DNA of 64,000 nucleotides from Oligoflexales bacterium (GTDB lineage Bacteria; Bdellovibrionota_B; Oligoflexia; Oligoflexales; JAPPIL01), in assembly GCA_965215515.1 (NCBI GenBank), contig OZ244057.1, forward strand, positions 480,001-544,000, written 5' to 3'. Numbering within the stretch: position 1 is the first letter of the stretch; every line of letters begins with the position of its first letter. The notes beneath the pieces were generated by a model. It searched no databases and was not told the DNA's origin. It saw only the letters and a program-made list of their open reading frames with translations. Below are positions 59,289 through 64,000 of the stretch, piece after piece. Both the position numbers and the translations under genes were made by a program.

Positions 59289-61010
59289 GGTACTGTTGAG
59301 CCATGAGAGCAGTACCTCGATATGGTATTTCTGTAGAATCATCCGTGCTTGGGTAAGGTGAAAATTTTTGCTTGGTTCGTGTTTATTGGTGTTGTTGTGG
59401 GTTGTGCTGATGGTAACGAACAGTTGTTTGTTTTTGAGGGTGGTGTGGCTGATGATTTCGGTTGCTGTCGGCGTTTCGGGGAGAAAGACTTTGTACAGGT
59501 GGTAGAAGGCGGCCGCGAGTGTGGTGGGGGCTGCCTGTAGACGATAATCGGCATCGAAACGGTTGATAAATGTTATCCGTTGCGGTGTGTTTATTTTGGT
59601 GGTCAGTTCTTGTGCTTGGCACAGTACTGAGGTGAATTTTATTGTTAGTACTGTTGCGTGGCGGGCGAGTATCTTGCTCCAAAACTGCAGGGGGATGAGG
59701 ATGTTGCGTGTTTGGCTGCTCAGTTGGCGGGTAAAGCTCAGTGTGTTGCTCAAGGAGAGGTAGGTTTCTTCTGTTAGTGCTGCCAGGTGGCGCATGTCTT
59801 TCTCTAGTTGTAGCAAAAAATTTTCTTGCTCGGCGTTGTAGTAAGCGCCGAGAAAATCGGCCACATGTCTTTGTTTAAATTCTTGTTGCCATTTGCGGCT
59901 CAACTGTAGCAATGGTTTCAGTTGTTGGCGGTGGACGGCGAAGATCGCGGCACGCAAGTCCTGTGCGTTGTCTCTTATGGCGATGTTGTTAGTTACGAAG
60001 TGGGCGCTGCATTGTGCGGCTTGTTCGACTACTGAGCGTGCGAGTGTTTGTTGTGTCAGTGTGTGGCGCAAGTGTTGGTTTTCTTTGTGAGCACGTGCTA
60101 GCAGTTTGTTCTTGACGGCAATTTGTTTTTTGGTGCTGCTGAGGTGGTGTAGTTGTGCCTGCAGTGTTCTGCTGAAGTTGAGGAGGGTGTGTTGCACGAG
60201 TGTGTTTTGGGCTTTGCTTTGTGGCTGTTCACTGGCGGTGGGTTGTTCGCTCCAGGTAGCGAGGTGTTGCAGGTCACTGCGCAGTGCGTGTGTGCGGCGG
60301 CGGGCGAGGAGGTAGAGCGTGGCGCACAGTACGGTCAGAGTTATATATAGCAGTGTCTGTAGCCAGAGCAGCAGGTGTTGGTAGTGTGGTGCGTGTTCGA
60401 ACAGGTGGTTGAGGTAGGTTTGGGTGTAGACAAAGCGTGCAGGTGTATCGTCTGTATTGTGCGGTAGCAGACGGGTAGCTGGTAGGTTTGCGCGCAGGGT
60501 TGCTAGTGGTAGTTGTTGGGCGAGCCATTTTTCGTGCAGCGGCAGGGTGAGCAGTATTGCCCCTGCTGTTCGGGGGAAGGCGTGCAGGTGTGCGAGTTGC
60601 GGTGGCTCGGAGGTGGTGAAGGTGATTGCTTGTCCGCGGCGCAGGGTGTGGCACAACTTTTGTGTGTGTGCAGGTGGGTGAGGCGCACCGTAGAGGAGTG
60701 TGCATTTTTTACCGAAGATGGCGACTTGTCCATATTCTGTGTGTGCGGTGGCTGTGTTAATGCTCTGTTGGGCGGAGTGGGTTAGTTGCCAGGCGATGTG
60801 TTTGTAGAGACTTTTATCGTTTGCCAGTTTAGTGCCTGCTTCCTGCAAGGCGTGTTGTGCGTGTTGCAGTGTGTGCTGTAGTTCTGTTTGCAAACGCTTA
60901 CTTTGCCAATAGTGTGTGTGCAGGCGGTCGCGGGCCTGGCCGACAAGTGCGAGCAACCCCAGCAGGACGAACAGCAGGCAGAAACCACCCAGCTGGTGTT
61001 GCATGTGCAC
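59208..61010 (-). CDS. Membrane sensor-like protein, possibly a degenerate histidine kinase
   Basis: TM1, periplasmic region, TM2 (LLLWLQTLLYITLTVLCATLYLL), coiled coil, C-terminal alpha/beta region without N/G boxes; very Thr/Gln/His-rich. Confidence 0.6.
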   Translation of the reverse strand: MHMQHQLGGFCLLFVLLGLLALVGQARDRLHTHYWQSKRLQTELQHTLQHAQHALQEAGTKLANDKSLYKHIAWQLTHSAQQSINTATAHTEYGQVAIFGKKCTLLYGAPHPPAHTQKLCHTLRRGQAITFTTSEPPQLAHLHAFPRTAGAILLTLPLHEKWLAQQLPLATLRANLPATRLLPHNTDDTPARFVYTQTYLNHLFEHAPHYQHLLLWLQTLLYITLTVLCATLYLLARRRTHALRSDLQHLATWSEQPTASEQPQSKAQNTLVQHTLLNFSRTLQAQLHHLSSTKKQIAVKNKLLARAHKENQHLRHTLTQQTLARSVVEQAAQCSAHFVTNNIAIRDNAQDLRAAIFAVHRQQLKPLLQLSRKWQQEFKQRHVADFLGAYYNAEQENFLLQLEKDMRHLAALTEETYLSLSNTLSFTRQLSSQTRNILIPLQFWSKILARHATVLTIKFTSVLCQAQELTTKINTPQRITFINRFDADYRLQAAPTTLAAAFYHLYKVFLPETPTATEIISHTTLKNKQLFVTISTTHNNTNKHEPSKNFHLTQARMILQKYHIEVLLSWLNSTLVVSTQPNTNTTPQHKQQPPQQDQPG

Positions 61011-61232
61011 TCCAGTTCTGTGGCGTGATGACTATGATTATATCATATCCGCAAGAGCTATGATGCCAGCACTATCCCGATTCCATGCATCCACGACCAG
61101 GCAAAGGGTGTTTCTATTTATTTATTTAATACTATCATAAAGTTACAATTTTTATGTTTTTATGCTTGACTAAACGGTCAAGTTTTTAATATCAAAGAGA
61201 CGTATTGTTAACCTTCTTTAGTGAGGTGTGTT

Positions 61233-61757
61233 ATGAGGATCTTTTTTTCAACATCGGTGATGGCCTGTCTTCTGCTGCCGAGCGTGGTGCAGGCTAAAAG
61301 TGCGAAGGAAGACTCGGTGTTTTCGCTCACTGCGGTCGCGGGGGCCGAGGGCGGTTATTGCGTGCTCAAGACCGACACGAGCAGTGGTGAGGTCAAACTG
61401 CTCACACAGTCAGGGGCATTGAGCAAAGAACAGTTGGGGCAGGCACTTTTAAGAAGCAGTGCCTGGACTAGAATCCTGGTCTTTGCGGGGCCAGATGCTC
61501 TCTTGCCCTATTTCTACCGCAAGATGGTGGTGAAGACCATTACTGAAGGGGATGGAATCAATGCACACAGTTATGGGACTTTTGCGAAACGACAAGCGCT
61601 GGCAATGGTAAATCCTCCGATCGTGGGACCGATTCGCTTCTTAAAAGATGCTATGACGAGAAAAGAAAGCACAGTCAGGGAGGGCAACCTGATTGTAGAA
61701 CGCGTGCTCGGACAGGCTCAAGAACCTGCCTACCCAGGTGGTTGCGACCACATCTGA
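61233..61757 (+). CDS. Secreted hypothetical protein
   Basis: GAGG RBS; signal peptide MRIFFSTSVMACLLLPSVVQA; TTGAC box upstream in an AT-rich spacer. Confidence 0.75.
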   Translation: MRIFFSTSVMACLLLPSVVQAKSAKEDSVFSLTAVAGAEGGYCVLKTDTSSGEVKLLTQSGALSKEQLGQALLRSSAWTRILVFAGPDALLPYFYRKMVVKTITEGDGINAHSYGTFAKRQALAMVNPPIVGPIRFLKDAMTRKESTVREGNLIVERVLGQAQEPAYPGGCDHI

Positions 61758-61773
61758 TCTGACCCGCCCCCGC

Positions 61774-61800
61774 AGGGAAGAGGTGCACGGCCTCTTCCCT
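61774..61800. terminator. Perfect 10-bp hairpin between convergent genes
   Basis: AGGGAAGAGG-tgcacgg-CCTCTTCCCT, T-rich tract shortly downstream. Confidence 0.65.
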
Positions 61801-61880
61801 CCCCCCTGTTTTTGTTTTGCGGACAGCACCATTCCAAAACCAAAACCCCTAACCGACGACGATGGGTACGTGGCTTTTTG

Positions 61881-62000
61881 TTAGGTGCGTTTGCCGTGGG
61901 GGCTGAGTGCTCGCTTGCGCATGACGCGGGATTTTTTCTTCGCCTTCAGGCGGTTGGTTTTGCCACGGCGTTTACCCTGGTAGTTGCGTTTTGTGTTCAT
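61881..62000 (-). CDS. 39-aa highly basic micro-protein (below the ORF track cutoff)
   Basis: AAGGAGG RBS; MNTKRNYQGKRRGKTNRLKAKKKSRVMRKRALSPHGKRT. Confidence 0.65.
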   Translation of the reverse strand: MNTKRNYQGKRRGKTNRLKAKKKSRVMRKRALSPHGKRT

Positions 62001-62113
62001 CGTCCGTCCTCCTTCGGGCGGGCATGCTGACATAGTTTTTGACATTTGGGAAGGATAATTTTAGAATGATCGGGATGCTATTTGGGGTTGGTGTTCACGG
62101 AAGCAGGTGCTTT

Positions 62114-62692
62114 ATGCCTGAGCCCAGTGTTTGGAGGGAAGCTATCGACGAGCCGCGTGTTGGTGACGAGCATGTTGTTATCGAGAGGTTATCGGCCGTC
62201 AGTGAGCCGTTCATCGTTGAATTGATCAAGCGCAACCTCGAGCCGTTTGAGGAGTCGGGCAATGTCTTGGCGGCGACTTTCCGCCGTTTAGAGAGTCTCA
62301 GGGAGGTTTATGGCGAGGAGGGGGCGTGCTTTTTTGTGGCACGGGATCGCGGGCTGGACAAGTTTATCGGCGGGGTCGGTTTAGGCTCGCTGCATGGCTT
62401 GCCTGCTTCGGAGGGTTTTGGTGAGATCAGGGATTTGGTGTTGGAAAAGTCCTACCGCGGGCGAGGTATCGGGGCGAAACTGCTGGGGATGAGCATCGAC
62501 AGGGCGATAAGTCTTGGCTACGAGAAACTCTACTTGGAGACAGTCCCGAATATGGTCACGGCGCGTCGTCTCTTCCAGCGTTTTGGGTTTCGGCCTGTGA
62601 CCTCCAAGCTGAAGGGTAAGCTGGTGACTCCTCCGCCTGCAGGCGATATAGATTGTTACTATTTGCTAGACATTCAAAACTTGAACCGTTGA
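62114..62692 (+). CDS. GNAT-family N-acetyltransferase
   Basis: GGVGL, EIRDLVL, YRGRGIGAKLL, LYLET, ARRLFQRFGF. Confidence 0.9.
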   Translation: MPEPSVWREAIDEPRVGDEHVVIERLSAVSEPFIVELIKRNLEPFEESGNVLAATFRRLESLREVYGEEGACFFVARDRGLDKFIGGVGLGSLHGLPASEGFGEIRDLVLEKSYRGRGIGAKLLGMSIDRAISLGYEKLYLETVPNMVTARRLFQRFGFRPVTSKLKGKLVTPPPAGDIDCYYLLDIQNLNR

Positions 62693-62699
62693 GGGACAG

Positions 62700-62864
62700 A
62701 TGGCTTCACCGATGCGACAGACAAGAGTCCGCCGTGCCATGAAGAAAGCAGCACGTGGCAAGAGGCGCAAGAATCACCTCAGACAACACGGCAGCACGCC
62801 ACCGCGTCTACCGATGAGAGGCAAAGAAGCCGTCTGTAGTGCGCAAACCCCAGGAACTGCGTAG
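62700..62864 (+). CDS. 54-aa basic micro-protein (below the ORF track cutoff)
   Basis: GAGGGA RBS; MASPMRQTRVRRAMKKAARGKRRKNHLRQHGSTPPRLPMRGKEAVCSAQTPGTA. Confidence 0.7.
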   Translation: MASPMRQTRVRRAMKKAARGKRRKNHLRQHGSTPPRLPMRGKEAVCSAQTPGTA

Positions 62865-62893
62865 ACGCGGCACTGGATTTTAGCGTCCTCGCG

Positions 62894-63859
62894 CTACTCG
62901 TGTATGAGTGTTGCTAGTTGGGTGGTGATCATTTTGTCAGGCAAGGCTCCGTAGCCATCTTTGACGACGATCCGTTGTCCTTCCGCAGAGAGAACGTAGC
63001 GCAGAAATTCCTGCACCAGGCGTGGTAGTGGTTTATGAGGGTGGCGGATGACGTAGATATAGAGTGAGCGGCCGAGTGGGTAAGCCTTCTTCACCGTGTT
63101 GGCAAAGGTGGGGTTGACTGCGGGTGACTCGTCGCTCTTGCGCAGCGGCAGGGCGCGCACGTCGCTGGTTTTGTAGCCGATACCTGAATAACCGATACCG
63201 TAGAGATCGCCCCCCACGCCGTTTACTACCGAAGCCGAGCCAGGTTGTTCTTTCACTTTGTCTTTGAAATCACCCTTGAACAGCGCAGCTTTTTTGAAAA
63301 AACCGTATGTGCCCGATGCCGAGTTACGCCCATAGAGACTGAGCGGGGCACGTGCCCACTTACCCGTCAGACCGAGCTGTCCCCATGTTCTGATGTCGTG
63401 TTTAGCACCGCCGCGTCGACTGCGGGAAAAGATAGCATCGACTTGTGGCAGAGAGAGGCTGGTGATGGGGTTGTCCTTGTGCACATAGATTGCGAGACTG
63501 TCGATGGCCACTGCGTAGCGGGTTGGTTTGAATCCGTACTTGCTGGTGAAGGCATCCACCTCGCTGTGTTTCATGGCGCGTGACATCGGTGCAAGTTGTG
63601 CCACCCCTTCGATCAGGGCGGGCGGAGCGGTGCTCGATCCTTTACCTTCCACTTGTATATGCACGTTGCGGTAATGCTTGCGGAAACCCTCACCCCACAG
63701 CGTCATCAAGTTGTTGAGGGTGTCAGAGCCGACACTGCTGAGCCTGCCGCTAACCCCCGCTTGCTTGCGATAGGAAACAGCACCACCCACCTTTCGCAGT
63801 CCGTCAGAGCCCAGCACGAGCGGGACGAGCACTACCACAAACGCAGCCATACGGTACAC
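62894..63859 (-). CDS. pstS: Phosphate ABC transporter substrate-binding protein
   Basis: VGSDT, EGKGSSTA, PMSR, GRNSASGTY, IGYSGIG, YPLGRSLYIY. Confidence 0.93.
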   Translation of the reverse strand: MYRMAAFVVVLVPLVLGSDGLRKVGGAVSYRKQAGVSGRLSSVGSDTLNNLMTLWGEGFRKHYRNVHIQVEGKGSSTAPPALIEGVAQLAPMSRAMKHSEVDAFTSKYGFKPTRYAVAIDSLAIYVHKDNPITSLSLPQVDAIFSRSRRGGAKHDIRTWGQLGLTGKWARAPLSLYGRNSASGTYGFFKKAALFKGDFKDKVKEQPGSASVVNGVGGDLYGIGYSGIGYKTSDVRALPLRKSDESPAVNPTFANTVKKAYPLGRSLYIYVIRHPHKPLPRLVQEFLRYVLSAEGQRIVVKDGYGALPDKMITTQLATLIHE

Positions 63860-64000
63860 GATAACAACCCCACCTCGAGCTAAGCCGCGCTTGCACCGTA
63901 GCGAAAATTTTGTCCAAGAGCAACTTCTCTTCTGTAGATGCCCCTCTCTCTTAGGTTCTGTCCTGTAGACAGTCCCTCTCCCCTCATCTGCACTATTCTC

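Noticed and set aside
63931..63985. Imperfect direct repeat CTGTAGA..CCCTCTC upstream of pstS (Pho box or start of an array)
   Set aside because: Two loose copies about 31 nt apart do not fit the 11-bp Pho-box period, and the window ends before it can be judged
1..64000. rRNA, tRNA, IS elements, prophage or defence systems
   Set aside because: No recognisable motifs, terminal inverted repeats, integrase or transposase; short RNAs could still be missed by eye

Overview
Gene-dense 64 kb bacterial chromosome segment with no rRNA, tRNA, CRISPR array or transposase that I could recognise. Gene content (GYF+PilZ protein, transglutaminase-elicitor protein, vWA lipoprotein, DUF4301-like protein, pilB-pilT-pilC, many secreted orphans, sigma28-like boxes) suggests a Bdellovibrionota/Oligoflexia-like or related host- or prey-associated lineage; this is inference. 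Housekeeping genes: speE, ftsY, sdhCAB, ogt, panP-like decarboxylase, rsmA, hemH, proline dehydrogenase, psd, pstS. Main findings: (1) a three-gene locus (26463-34884) whose products all carry predicted N-terminal signal peptides: a 1243-aa membrane protein ending in a canonical HPD J-domain, an 885-aa protein with duplicated Gly-rich hydrophobic hairpins, and a full-length DnaK/Hsp70 paralogue, together a candidate exported Hsp70/J-protein/pore machine; (2) a beta-barrel protein with two tandem signal peptides; (3) a stripped-down Pfa-like (PUFA-synthase-type) PKS lacking AT, KR and ER, with an A10 slippery site that would fuse KS-ACP to a DH domain, and a second A10 -1 frame break in an ABC exporter; (4) a 39-bp repeat inserted in frame into two unrelated proteins; (5) several apparent pseudo-enzymes, two unannotated very basic micro-proteins and kb-scale strand-composition domains. 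All protein calls come from motif recognition by eye; no searches were run.
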